From the NCBI GenBank assembly GCA_039714115.1, contig JBDLJY010000001.1:1749-65748 (forward strand): a stretch of 64,000 nt of DNA, read 5' to 3'. This document shows positions 1 to 9,143 of this stretch, piece by piece. Position 1 is the first letter of the stretch. Every line of letters begins with the position of its first letter. The notes below the pieces were generated by a model. It made no database searches. It had not been told where the DNA came from and saw only the letters and a list, made by a program, of their open reading frames with translations. The DNA is from Pseudomonadota bacterium (GTDB lineage Bacteria > Pseudomonadota > Gammaproteobacteria > Beggiatoales > Beggiatoaceae). The position numbers were made by a program, and so were the translations under genes.

Positions 1-275
1 TAGGGCTTATCCAAGATGTTTGTAGCCGATTAGTTTTTTTGCTCCCACAAGAGCAGGCGTATTATATTTATAAAATATAACTTAGTCAATAAAAAAATCT
101 TATCTTTTTGAAATTTATAGTTTTTGTTTGCATTTTTAGTCGGCGTATAATATATAAACTAAAGGCTTGCCGATATTTTGTAACCGATTAGTTTTTGCTC
201 CCACAAGAGCAGGCGCATTATATTTATAAAAGATAATTTAGTCAATAAAAAATCTTATCTTTTTGAAATTTATCG
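1..275. repeat. Two imperfect ~115-bp direct repeats (1-120 and 160-275) upstream of the XRE-type regulator gene
   Basis: Both copies share CCGATTAGTTTTTGCTCCCACAAGAGCAGGCG..ATTATATTTATAAAA..TTAGTCAATAAAAAATCTTATCTTTTTGAAATTTAT. Each contains a small hairpin TGCTC-CCACAA-GAGCA. Copy 1 may be cut by the window edge. Confidence 0.85.
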
Positions 276-304
276 TTTTTTTATACATAAGGAAATAATC
301 AGTT

Positions 305-814
305 ATGAATACCAATTATATTGGTAAACGTGTATTAACTATCAGAAAAAAAAATAATTTGACCCAAGAAAAATTTTCTAAGTTGGCTGGTGTGGTACAG
401 AGTTATTTAGCTGTAATCGAAAAAGACAAAAAAACACCATCATTTAATTTTATAATGTCCATATTAGATGCCACGAAAGTGAGCGCAGATTGGCTTTTAA
501 CTGGCAAGGGATCAATGTATCTGCCGATAAAAAAAGGAAAACCAGAAATAAAAGGAATTAATAAAGACAGAATAGATTATGGTACTGACAATTCGTCAGG
601 GCTTGGTGACGTACTTGATGCCCTTAAAAGTCATTGGGGCGAATTAAGAAACGATCAAAAAAAGGTTTTGATGGTGATGCTTAAGGAGATGATAGAAAAC
701 AATGAGATGAGAAAAGAGAATTATAAGATAAGGGAATTTATAAACACGAATGCTGCAACTAAATCTGGAGACTCGTTACAAATTCCTTCATTATCAGAAT
801 CCTCATCGGAATGA
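305..814 (+). CDS. XRE-family helix-turn-helix transcriptional regulator
   Basis: 169-aa ORF. N-terminal HTH_3-like segment LTQEKFSKLAGVVQSYLAVIEKDKKTPS. AAGGAAA SD-like motif upstream of the ATG. Confidence 0.75.
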   Translation: MNTNYIGKRVLTIRKKNNLTQEKFSKLAGVVQSYLAVIEKDKKTPSFNFIMSILDATKVSADWLLTGKGSMYLPIKKGKPEIKGINKDRIDYGTDNSSGLGDVLDALKSHWGELRNDQKKVLMVMLKEMIENNEMRKENYKIREFINTNAATKSGDSLQIPSLSESSSE

Positions 815-999
815 GATATTTCTATTTTTTTTAAATGTAGCACAGGGATTGGCTCAATACCAAAATTTCCGGTTTATCATAATCCGATCCCTCAAGATCC
901 CTCCTCATACTGGACAGGCTTCGGGACAAGCTTTTCATTTCATTATGATAAACCTGATTTATAGTACAACAAAGCCCGCCAAAAAAGCTGCTCCACCAC

Positions 1000-1022
1000 A
1001 AGTTATCAGTTATCAGTTATCA
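1000..1022. repeat. TAACTGA-family heptamer repeat (3 units, read here as AGTTATC)
   Basis: AGTTATCAGTTATCAGTTATCAC read directly. Confidence 0.9.
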
Positions 1023-1068
1023 CTTGCATAATTAACAATTAACTAATGTGGTAGTGGTGTTTTTTTTG

Positions 1069-1112
1069 TCATTCGTTATTTTAATCATTCGTTATTTTAA
1101 TCATTCGTTATT
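1069..1112. repeat. 16-bp tandem repeat TCATTCGTTATTTTAA, about 2.75 copies
   Basis: Read directly from the sequence. Confidence 0.9.
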
Positions 1113-1337
1113 AGCGTCAGCCTTGCCGACAAGTGTGACACCGACATCAGCGCAACTTACTCTGGTGAAACCTACTTTGGGCCGATAACTGATAACTTCA
1201 AAAAAACACCAGAAATTGTTAGGAGTCCAAATCCCCTACTTTAGTTTGGACGATTCTAACGACCTGCGGGGGCTCCTATTGGTTTCCCCGCAGGTATATT
1301 GATTTTTGACTAATCATTGGCCTATTAATGCGTGCGT

Positions 1338-2579
1338 TTATAAACGAGCCATTAACAACTCTTCTACCCCATATAACAAACGACGAATAGTATCAGGATT
1401 ACTGGGATCAATACCACCGCCTCTTTCGGCTTGTCGGGCTTCAGCCGGGAGTTTGTTTATCAAGGTGCGAAATTCAGCACATAAAGCTTGTAAACCGTCG
1501 CCATCTTGGTGCAAGGAGCGTAGAAAATATTTTAATTCACCTAATGGTCCCTCATCTTGTAAAGCCTTGGCGCGAGGCGCTTGGGTTTTCAGGCTAATTT
1601 TTTCTACCCATACATTGCCTAAGCCAGCATCAGTCGCTGCGGCACGAATTTCGTTAGTCCAACGTTCTGAGTGACTGTACAAATTTTTATGCACTGGGCT
1701 TGCGCCTTCGATGATAAAACGCAATGCTAAAGGTTTCCCATCAGCAGATTTTTTTAGAGACTCTGTCACAGCCTCATGGGCTTTATCTACCACTTCATCA
1801 GCTTGAGTGAGATCACTGACATCGAGTTGACAGATTTCCCAGCGCAAGACATCGACTGGCATAAAAGTGACAGAGGCTTGTCCCTCTTCAACCTTAACTA
1901 AGGTGCAGCCTTTCGCGCCCGTTTCACGGGCATGTCGCCCTTGTAGGTTGCCGGAAAAAACGACCCAAGGTTTTTTATGTAGGATTTCGCGTTTGTGGAT
2001 GTGTCCGAGAGCCCAGTAGTCGTAACCGTGTGAGAGTAAACTGGGCATGGTACAAGGTGCATAATTGGCATGGTTTGGGCGACCATTTAAGGAGGTGTGG
2101 AGTAGGCCAATATTAAAATAGCCGGGAAGAGCGTTGGGATAGGCCGCGCTGAGATCGTTAGTGATAGCTTTATTGGCAAAACTTTGTCCATGTATCGCTA
2201 CCCCTAAATCTTCTAGCCGCTTGGTTTCGGGCTGAAGGTAACTGAATTCAGTCACATTGTCTGGTAGCCGTAATTGTCGTGTGATAATATTACCCGCGTC
2301 GTGGTTGCCAAGTACCATGAAGACGGGAATATTCGCTTCGCGTAAGCGGCTCATTTGTTGGTTGAAAAATAGCCCGGTGTTGTAGTCTTTCCAATCGACG
2401 TCGTATAAATCTCCAGCCAGCAATACGAAGTCAACGGCTTCGGTGCAAGCGAGATCAATCATGTTAATAAAGGCTCGCCGTGTAGCACTTTGCATTTGCT
2501 CAACGGGTGCGCCTTCATAACGCGCTAGACCACTCATGGGGCTGTCTAAATGAATATCAGCAGCGTGAATAAATTTCAT
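1338..2579 (-). CDS. Mre11/SbcD-like metallophosphoesterase (DNA repair exonuclease family)
   Basis: 413-aa ORF with calcineurin-like phosphoesterase motifs AADIHLD, LAGDLYD, LGNHD, GLLH, LGHIH. No SbcC-like ATPase partner on either side. Confidence 0.8.
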   Translation of the reverse strand: MKFIHAADIHLDSPMSGLARYEGAPVEQMQSATRRAFINMIDLACTEAVDFVLLAGDLYDVDWKDYNTGLFFNQQMSRLREANIPVFMVLGNHDAGNIITRQLRLPDNVTEFSYLQPETKRLEDLGVAIHGQSFANKAITNDLSAAYPNALPGYFNIGLLHTSLNGRPNHANYAPCTMPSLLSHGYDYWALGHIHKREILHKKPWVVFSGNLQGRHARETGAKGCTLVKVEEGQASVTFMPVDVLRWEICQLDVSDLTQADEVVDKAHEAVTESLKKSADGKPLALRFIIEGASPVHKNLYSHSERWTNEIRAAATDAGLGNVWVEKISLKTQAPRAKALQDEGPLGELKYFLRSLHQDGDGLQALCAEFRTLINKLPAEARQAERGGGIDPSNPDTIRRLLYGVEELLMARL

Positions 2580-2896
2580 ATTGTTTTTTCCTTTATTAAA
2601 GATTAAGTTACGAATATTATATTAAGATCAAATTTAATTCAAGAAATAACTGTAAATAAATAGCTCACTTATCAATTATCAGTGAACCGTGGAAAGGATG
2701 GTTTCATAAAGGAAACTGCATACTTTACTTTACACACACACACAAATTACAACTATTTCAAATAGTTAAGTAAAATAACAAAAATAATCAATGATTGGAA
2801 GTCTAAGTTCGTAGTAGGCGATAAATCGCCGACTACGAACCGGCACGAGATTAAACGGAGGACAAGAAAAATCTGCAAAAAACAATACTACTTATA

Positions 2897-4438
2897 GTGA
2901 TATTAAGTTTTTTTCTATCAGGCTGTCCGCACAATCCACAGCCTTTCGATGAAACAGGGGAGAACATCATTTTGGAGAATTCTGGGACAGTCGTGGTTAA
3001 AAAGGCCAAACACGCCTTGCTCATTGGTATCGAAAATTACCGTAACATCCTCCCCCCGAACAATGATGTGAAATTGATTCAAGGGGTGTTGCGTGAACGC
3101 TTTGCTTTTCAAGATAAGGATTTTATTATTCTCTTAAATGAGAGAGCCACTCACACGGGTATTGAAAATGGCTTCAAGACGCTGATTGAACGGCTTAAAC
3201 CCGGCGATTTTGTCTATATCCATTACTCCGGTCATGGTTCTCAAACGACCGATTTAAACGGTGATGAGCCCAGCGGCTATGACCAAACTTGGGTTTCTTA
3301 TGGGACTCGTGAACCCGGAGGGGAAGGCGATAAAGATAACTATGATGTGTTAGATGATGAAATCAACGCTTGGTTGGCCGCGATTTATGCCAAAACTAAG
3401 CAAGTGATATTTGTCTCTGATTCTTGTCACTCTGCCACCGTCAGCCGGGGTAAAGTGCCCATCAGTCGCGGCTTAGAAAGAGATGAGCGCTATCATCCCT
3501 TGGGCAACATGGGCTATACTCAAATTGACAAATCTCATGGTATCCGTGTTGGCGCGGCACGGGATAAGGAACTGGCTGCCGAGACGACTGGAACTGATGG
3601 CAAAGAGTATGGACTATTCACTTGGTACTGGGCTAAAGCTTTGCGAGAGGCGCAAGTGCGGGAGACTTGGTCTGATGTGTTTAAACGGACTTATACGCCA
3701 GTCGTCTCTGAGCGCGGGCAAGCGCAAATGCCACAGATAGAAGGTGAGCATAATCGACAAGTTTTTGGTGGTGATTTTGCGCCACTGGTACAGACGGTTT
3801 CGGTGAGTCAAGTGAAAGCTGAATGGGTGGAAATTCAAGCAGGCGCAGTGGCGGGTGTGACTGTCGGCTCTGTCTATCGCTTGCATCAGTCCCAATATCC
3901 CCGCCTTGAAATCACCCAAGTCGAAGCGTTTAAGAGTTCCGGCAAAATTCTCCAAGGCACGTTCAAGCGCGGTGATTTAGTGGTAGAAAAAAGCCATGCC
4001 TATCATTTTGATCCTATCAGGGTGTACCTTTCTGCTGACTATCCCAAAGATCGGGTGCTGTTGAAAACGATACAAGCCGCCTTTCAGCCCGAACCAGACA
4101 GCGGTACGCAAGCAGTCCCCGGCTACGTCCTCACGGACGATCCGTATAATACCGATCTGCGTTTGCATCTGTTGCGCCCCAAACGAGTAAACGGGCTGCC
4201 CATTTATGAAAAGGATGAGGATGCTTTGCCAAAATTTTCACTTTGTACAATAAATCCAAGCAGGATTATTATTGATGTGTTGTTGTTTGAGCAGGAAGTA
4301 TTTAGGCAACGTGGTGAGGAGGCGAATTTGAATCCGTTAGAGCAGATATTGGGGAAAGCGGCGCATGGAGAACGGGGGTTATCGCAGGTGCAGAATGTTG
4401 AATGGGTGACGGGGCAGGTGACGTTTGAGGTGAAATAA
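2897..4438 (+). CDS. Caspase-family (peptidase C14) protein, metacaspase-like, probable lipoprotein
   Basis: Catalytic dyad contexts YIHYSGHG and FVSDSCHSA. N-terminus ..ILLIVILSFFLSGC looks like a lipoprotein signal. The frame is open from 2855, so a CTG start at 2873 behind GGAGGA (2857-2862) is possible instead of GTG 2897. Confidence 0.8.
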   Translation: MILSFFLSGCPHNPQPFDETGENIILENSGTVVVKKAKHALLIGIENYRNILPPNNDVKLIQGVLRERFAFQDKDFIILLNERATHTGIENGFKTLIERLKPGDFVYIHYSGHGSQTTDLNGDEPSGYDQTWVSYGTREPGGEGDKDNYDVLDDEINAWLAAIYAKTKQVIFVSDSCHSATVSRGKVPISRGLERDERYHPLGNMGYTQIDKSHGIRVGAARDKELAAETTGTDGKEYGLFTWYWAKALREAQVRETWSDVFKRTYTPVVSERGQAQMPQIEGEHNRQVFGGDFAPLVQTVSVSQVKAEWVEIQAGAVAGVTVGSVYRLHQSQYPRLEITQVEAFKSSGKILQGTFKRGDLVVEKSHAYHFDPIRVYLSADYPKDRVLLKTIQAAFQPEPDSGTQAVPGYVLTDDPYNTDLRLHLLRPKRVNGLPIYEKDEDALPKFSLCTINPSRIIIDVLLFEQEVFRQRGEEANLNPLEQILGKAAHGERGLSQVQNVEWVTGQVTFEVK

Positions 4439-4442
4439 TTAA

Positions 4443-5672
4443 ATGAATGAATTAGCAGTAAAAAAATTCAGAGTCAAAAATTTCAAAGCCATTTGGGACA
4501 GTGGCACCGTTGAACTTGAGCCATTGACGGTGTTGATTGGCAATAATGGCTCCGGCAAAAGTAGCTTTATTGAAGGTTTGGAAACTTATCAATCCATTCT
4601 TAAGCATGGTTTAGACGTTGCCATGAATCGCTGGCAAGGTTTTGAACAGGTGCGGAATCGCAGGCATCACGAGTGTGAGAGTACCATGGCATTTGAAGTG
4701 TGCAGGACAATGGAAACTTCGACATTTCGCGCTAATTTGTCGGTGACACTTAGCTCAGAAAGTGAGCCGCTGATTCAGAATGAACAACTTTTTTTTGGCG
4801 AACAATTGATTGTTGAGCGTCAAGCCGATAATGCCTTTTATTTTCCAGAACTTGAATCGTTTGACTTTTCTGCGCCAGCGAGCAGTGAGTTTTCAATACT
4901 TTCAAGGGGCAATTCTGCACTTTGGGCGGCATTATCAAGGTATGTGAAACGCATACAATCTACATCGTCGTCAACGATGTTGATGAAGTGGTTAGAATAT
5001 GTCAATAAAAACAAACGATTTTGGGAGAGTTTCGATTGTCAATTTATGACGCTGAATTCTTGTATGATAGGCAGCTCGAAACGGACGGGGCGTGAAGTCC
5101 AACTCAATAAAGATGGTTCCAACATCGCCAAATATCTGTTGAACCTCCGCAAATTGAACCAAGCTGCCTTTAACGGTATTTTGGAGACATTGCAAGTGCT
5201 GCTGCCGTATGCGAAAGATTTGCAGGTCATATTGAGTACAGAATTGAAACGCAGCGTTTATCTGCAATTGACTGAGGGAGAGTGTCAAATTGCTGAGTGG
5301 TTATTGTCCAGCGGCACTTTGCGAATCGTAGCATTATTGGCATTATTGCGACATCCTAAACCACCTCCTTTGATTGTGATTGAAGAAATTGAAAATGGTT
5401 TGGATCCGCGTACTCTTCATTTAATATTAGAAGAAATACGCAATGTTGTGAATTCTGGTAAAAGTCAGGTGATTGTGACCAGTCATTCGCCTTATTTTTT
5501 GGATTTATTGCGGCTAGAGCATATTATATTGGTTGAGCGTGATGAGAGCGGGCAACCGACATTTTTTAAGCCTGATAATAATGGTTCGCTGGCGGATTGG
5601 GCTAAAAAATTCAGTCCTGGTAAGCTTTATACTATGGGTAAATTGAGTCGTCAAGCCAGTTTATCCCCTTAA
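4443..5672 (+). CDS. AAA_21/AAA_15-type (ABC/SMC-like) ATPase
   Basis: Walker A GNNGSGKSS, signature-like LSSGTLR, Walker B LIVIEEIENGLDP, H-loop VTSHSP. GAGGTGA SD lies inside the end of the upstream metacaspase gene, with a 4-bp intergenic gap. Confidence 0.8.
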   Translation: MNELAVKKFRVKNFKAIWDSGTVELEPLTVLIGNNGSGKSSFIEGLETYQSILKHGLDVAMNRWQGFEQVRNRRHHECESTMAFEVCRTMETSTFRANLSVTLSSESEPLIQNEQLFFGEQLIVERQADNAFYFPELESFDFSAPASSEFSILSRGNSALWAALSRYVKRIQSTSSSTMLMKWLEYVNKNKRFWESFDCQFMTLNSCMIGSSKRTGREVQLNKDGSNIAKYLLNLRKLNQAAFNGILETLQVLLPYAKDLQVILSTELKRSVYLQLTEGECQIAEWLLSSGTLRIVALLALLRHPKPPPLIVIEEIENGLDPRTLHLILEEIRNVVNSGKSQVIVTSHSPYFLDLLRLEHIILVERDESGQPTFFKPDNNGSLADWAKKFSPGKLYTMGKLSRQASLSP

Positions 5673-5709
5673 TGCCATTAAGTGAGAAATCCTATTTTTA
5701 CGGTATTTT

Positions 5710-5763
5710 GGAGTCCAAGATTTATCTTGGGCGACCGCACGGAGAAGATAAATCTTGGACTCC
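5710..5763. repeat. REP-like palindrome pair (GGAGTCCAAGATTTATCTTGG ... AAGATAAATCTTGGACTCC)
   Basis: Read directly. Member of a family with at least 12 copies in this window. Confidence 0.9.
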
Positions 5764-5771
5764 AAAAAGTC

Positions 5772-6221
5772 TTACCTTTTTAAGATTTTTAAAGGATAAT
5801 TTGGCCATTGTTTTTGAAGCTTTTTGAGGGTTTGCTTAGCTTGCTCAAGTGTATAAGACATACCAGCGCCCTTTTTATGCCATCCTGTCCCTGACCATTC
5901 TATAGGTGAATCTGGATTGAACATTAAGGCAATGATATAGCTCTTCGTGCTTGCCGTCTTTTGTGGCTTAATATCTTCTTTGTCTATGCCTACTAATTCT
6001 CTTTCGAGTCTCTCAGTTTCCTTGAGATCGCGTAGCTGACTGAAGTCGGTTTTCTGAGGCTTTTGCTTGAACTCATAATTGTCAATCTGTGCTAATGTTC
6101 TTTCAAGGCGGCTAACAGATGTCTCAAAATCGCTCAGTTCATTTAAGGCATCCTCCTGAATGTTTTGCTCTTGTTCCAACTGTCTCAAACGTTTTTCTAA
6201 TTTGCTACTAAGAGATGTCAT
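5772..6221 (-). CDS. Hypothetical protein with coiled-coil N-terminal half
   Basis: 149-aa ORF with no recognisable motif. Its start codon is 3 bp from the divergent recD start. Confidence 0.5.
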   Translation of the reverse strand: MTSLSSKLEKRLRQLEQEQNIQEDALNELSDFETSVSRLERTLAQIDNYEFKQKPQKTDFSQLRDLKETERLERELVGIDKEDIKPQKTASTKSYIIALMFNPDSPIEWSGTGWHKKGAGMSYTLEQAKQTLKKLQKQWPNYPLKILKR

Positions 6222-6224
6222 AGT

Positions 6225-7931
6225 ATGTTAACCCTCATCGAAAATTTACGTGATCTTGGCATTTTTTCTGACATAGATGTACATTTTGCAAAATTTATGG
6301 CAACCCTCTCTGAGAGTGCGGATGATGCCTTATTGTTAGGGGCGGTACTCGCCAGTCATTTTACCGGACTTGGCTCCTCTTGCGTGGATTTAAAGGCTTT
6401 GGCTGCTCAATCATTCCCGCCGCTGCCCGAACCGGGCATGGATACTTTGCCTTGTCCCAGTTTATCCCAGTGGCAAGAGGCTCTATTCAATTGTCGCGTG
6501 GTTGGTCAACCGGGGGATTATACGCCATTAGTCCTTGATAAGCATCGTTTATATTTGTATCGCTATTGGGATTATGAACAGCAGCTAGCGGCACAGATTC
6601 GCGCCCGCTGCGCTATGCAACGTACTGATATCAACCATGATACTTTGAAAGAGGGCCTTTTGCGATTATTTCCCAGCCAAGATCAGAGGCTCGCTGCATT
6701 GGCGGCGGTATTACGCCATTTTTGCATCATTTCCGGGGGCCCAGGTACGGGAAAAACCTCCACGATTGTTAAGATTTTAACATTATTACTTGAACAAAAT
6801 CCAAATTTTAATATTGCTTTAGCGGCTCCGACGGGTAAAGCGGCGGCTCGTTTGCAGGAGGCTATTACGCTGGCTTTACATGATTTGAATTGTGCTCCCA
6901 CGATTAAAGCGGCTATTCCTCAAGAGACTTATACAATACACCGTTTACTCGGTAGCCTGCCCAATTCGCCTTATTTTATCAGCCATGCGGGCAATCTGTT
7001 ACCGTATGACGTAGTGGTTATTGATGAAGCTTCAATGGTCGATTTGGCGTTGATGGCGAAATTGGCACAAGCGATACCTAAATCTGCCCGTTGGATTTTG
7101 TTGGGTGATAAGGATCAATTGGCATCGGTGGAGGCGGGCACGGTGCTAGGTGATATTTGTGAGGCGGGAATAGAAGAGAGTATCGTGTTGTTAGATAAAA
7201 GTTATCGGTTTGGCGAGGATAGCGGGATATGGACATTGGCACAGGCGGTTAAGCAAGGGCAGAGTGAGAAGGCATTGCGTATTTTGAAATCTGATAAGTA
7301 TCCCGATGTCAATTGGCATCATTTGAGTCTATCAGAGGAATTGCCTGCTGTTTTGATCGAGCAAATACTGAGTGATTTTTCCCGTTGTTTAAAGGAAAGG
7401 CAACCGGCAAAGGTATTGCAATTATTTAATAAAAATATCATTTTATGTGCGCTGCGTCGTGGCCCTTATGGGGTAGAGGCGATTAATCGCAAGATAGAAA
7501 ACGAATATCGCCGTAAAGGATTAATACGGGGTTACTCTCGTTGGTATCACGGTCGCCCTATTATGATTACCCGCAATGATTATCGGCTTCAATTGTTTAA
7601 CGGTGATATTGGTATCATTCTCAGAAGTGGTTATGAATTACAAGCTTTTTTTCCGGATCAAGCGGAGCAAGTCCGTACATTTTGGCCTAATCGTTTGCCC
7701 GATCATGAAACTGTTTATGCTATGACTATTCATAAAAGCCAGGGCTCAGAATTTGATAATGTCTTGATATTGTTACCGGAGCAATTTTCACCCGTTTTGA
7801 GCCGTGAATTAATTTACACTGCTATGACTCGCGCTAGACAAAGTGTGAGCGTGTGGGGAAATGAGCAGGTGTTTATGCAGGCAGTCTCACAAAAAATTAG
7901 CCGTTCATCGGGGTTGCGTGATCAGCTATAG
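6225..7931 (+). CDS. recD: Exodeoxyribonuclease V alpha subunit RecD
   Basis: 568 aa. RecD-type N-terminal domain, Walker A GGPGTGKTS, AAPTGKAAARL, Walker B VVVIDEASMVD, GDKDQLASVEAG, C-terminal YAMTIHKSQGSEF. Confidence 0.85.
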   Translation: MLTLIENLRDLGIFSDIDVHFAKFMATLSESADDALLLGAVLASHFTGLGSSCVDLKALAAQSFPPLPEPGMDTLPCPSLSQWQEALFNCRVVGQPGDYTPLVLDKHRLYLYRYWDYEQQLAAQIRARCAMQRTDINHDTLKEGLLRLFPSQDQRLAALAAVLRHFCIISGGPGTGKTSTIVKILTLLLEQNPNFNIALAAPTGKAAARLQEAITLALHDLNCAPTIKAAIPQETYTIHRLLGSLPNSPYFISHAGNLLPYDVVVIDEASMVDLALMAKLAQAIPKSARWILLGDKDQLASVEAGTVLGDICEAGIEESIVLLDKSYRFGEDSGIWTLAQAVKQGQSEKALRILKSDKYPDVNWHHLSLSEELPAVLIEQILSDFSRCLKERQPAKVLQLFNKNIILCALRRGPYGVEAINRKIENEYRRKGLIRGYSRWYHGRPIMITRNDYRLQLFNGDIGIILRSGYELQAFFPDQAEQVRTFWPNRLPDHETVYAMTIHKSQGSEFDNVLILLPEQFSPVLSRELIYTAMTRARQSVSVWGNEQVFMQAVSQKISRSSGLRDQL

Positions 7932-7958
7932 ACATCCTAAATCACTTGTAAACGTTAC

Positions 7959-7981
7959 GGACGGGGTTGCAAACCCCGTCC
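7959..7981. repeat. Hairpin repeat GGACGGGGT-TGCAA-ACCCCGTCC between convergent recD and the sigma-54 activator gene
   Basis: Perfect 9-bp stem. Related copies at 27145-27174 and a split copy at 62830-63012. No T-run, so a terminator role is uncertain. Confidence 0.8.
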
Positions 7982-7999
7982 AGCTAAAAGATTTATCGC

Positions 8000-8950
8000 C
8001 TACAATTCAATCGCATGTTTTTTTATTCGATACAACAAAGTATCCCGTGTCAAGCCGAGTAGCCGCGCCGCTTGACTACGGTTGCCATAAGTTTTATGGA
8101 GAGCTTGGCGAATCATTTGGATTTCCAAAGCCTCCAGATTTATCCCCGTTTCCGGCAAATTAAATCCCTCCGCAGGCTGAAACCGTTTTTTAGAACCCGG
8201 ATGAAATTCACGGGGCAAGTGAGTTGGCTCAATGCTTTTTCCACTGAAAAAAATGAGCATGCGTTCACAAAAATTGCGTAATTGTCGAATATTGCCGGGC
8301 CATTTATAACGATGTAATTGTTTCAGCGTTGCCTTATTGTAATGTGGTGGAGAGAGATTGTGGCGCTCTGCTAATTGCTTGGTGAATGTGTGTAGTAGCA
8401 ATTCTAAATCGTCTAGGCGTTTGCGTAAGGGCGGCAATTCTAAAGGCACAATATTTAAACGGTAATATAAATCTTGCCGAAATTCGCCCCGTTGCGTTTG
8501 TGCATATAAATCGCGATTAGTTGCGGCGATGATGCGGGTGTTAACGTGTTCTACGCGGCTTTTACCGATGACTTGACATTCGCCAGTTTCTAAAAAACGT
8601 AACAATTTGGCTTGAATGGAAAGCGGTAATTCTCCGATTTCATCTAAAAAGAGTGTGCCGCCATTGGCGGCTTGTATGCGCCCTTGTTGATCAGCAACGG
8701 CACCAGTAAAAGCCCCTTTACGGTGTCCAAATAATTCAGATTCCGCCAAACTTTCCGGTAAGGCGGCACAATTAATAGTAATAAAAGCACCTTGCGCTCT
8801 GGGGCTATGTTGATGAATGCTTTGTGCTAAGAGTTCTTTACCGGTACCACTTTCACCTTCGATGAGTACTGTCACATCTGTCATGGCAACGATGCGAGCG
8901 GCGCGGATGACGGTACAAAATTCTCCTGATTTGCCTAGTAAGTTTGACAT
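8000..8950 (-). CDS. Sigma-54-dependent transcriptional activator, AAA+ and Fis-type HTH only (PspF-like, no sensory domain)
   Basis: 316 aa. Walker A GESGTGKE, GAFTGA loop, Walker B LFLDEIGE, C-terminal HTH GNRSQAARLLGLTRDTLLYRIKKH. Confidence 0.85.
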   Translation of the reverse strand: MSNLLGKSGEFCTVIRAARIVAMTDVTVLIEGESGTGKELLAQSIHQHSPRAQGAFITINCAALPESLAESELFGHRKGAFTGAVADQQGRIQAANGGTLFLDEIGELPLSIQAKLLRFLETGECQVIGKSRVEHVNTRIIAATNRDLYAQTQRGEFRQDLYYRLNIVPLELPPLRKRLDDLELLLHTFTKQLAERHNLSPPHYNKATLKQLHRYKWPGNIRQLRNFCERMLIFFSGKSIEPTHLPREFHPGSKKRFQPAEGFNLPETGINLEALEIQMIRQALHKTYGNRSQAARLLGLTRDTLLYRIKKHAIEL

Positions 8951-9088
8951 TGGATTTTAGTAATGGTTCGCAGAGCGATTTATCGCCTATTTATAGTGAA
9001 GTGTTATATAACATAAAAATAGATCAAATCACATACCCCACTCACACTAAAATTTAGTATCTCATTGATAATTAATATTTTTATTGAT

Positions 9089-9104
9089 TGGTACAAAAAA
9101 TGCC
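9089..9104 (+). promoter_or_regulatory. Candidate sigma-54 (-24/-12) promoter TGGTACAAAAAATGCC
   Basis: GG and GC elements have the spacing of the consensus TGGCAC-N5-TTGC. It lies about 40 bp upstream of the receptor ATG at 9144 and next to the divergent sigma-54 activator gene. Confidence 0.5.
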
Positions 9105-9143
9105 TACGAGACTGTTCATTTTAATAATGATCTAACAGACAAT

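Noticed and set aside
750-1031. 93-aa ORF after the XRE gene
   Set aside because: It overlaps the XRE gene end, has no SD, has low-complexity composition and runs into the heptamer repeats (..QVISYQLSLA). It is probably non-coding.
1306-1674. 122-aa plus-strand ORF
   Set aside because: It is entirely antisense to the well-supported SbcD-like gene. The other short ORFs antisense to strong genes in the track are rejected on the same argument (for example 3614-3955, 13646-13981, 28401-28643, 32699-33073 and 37665-37934).
2897-6221. Gasdermin- or CRISPR-associated caspase system
   Set aside because: There is no gasdermin-like, CHAT/SAVED, Cas or TPR-sensor gene nearby. The protease appears to carry an export signal, which does not fit a cytoplasmic defence protease.
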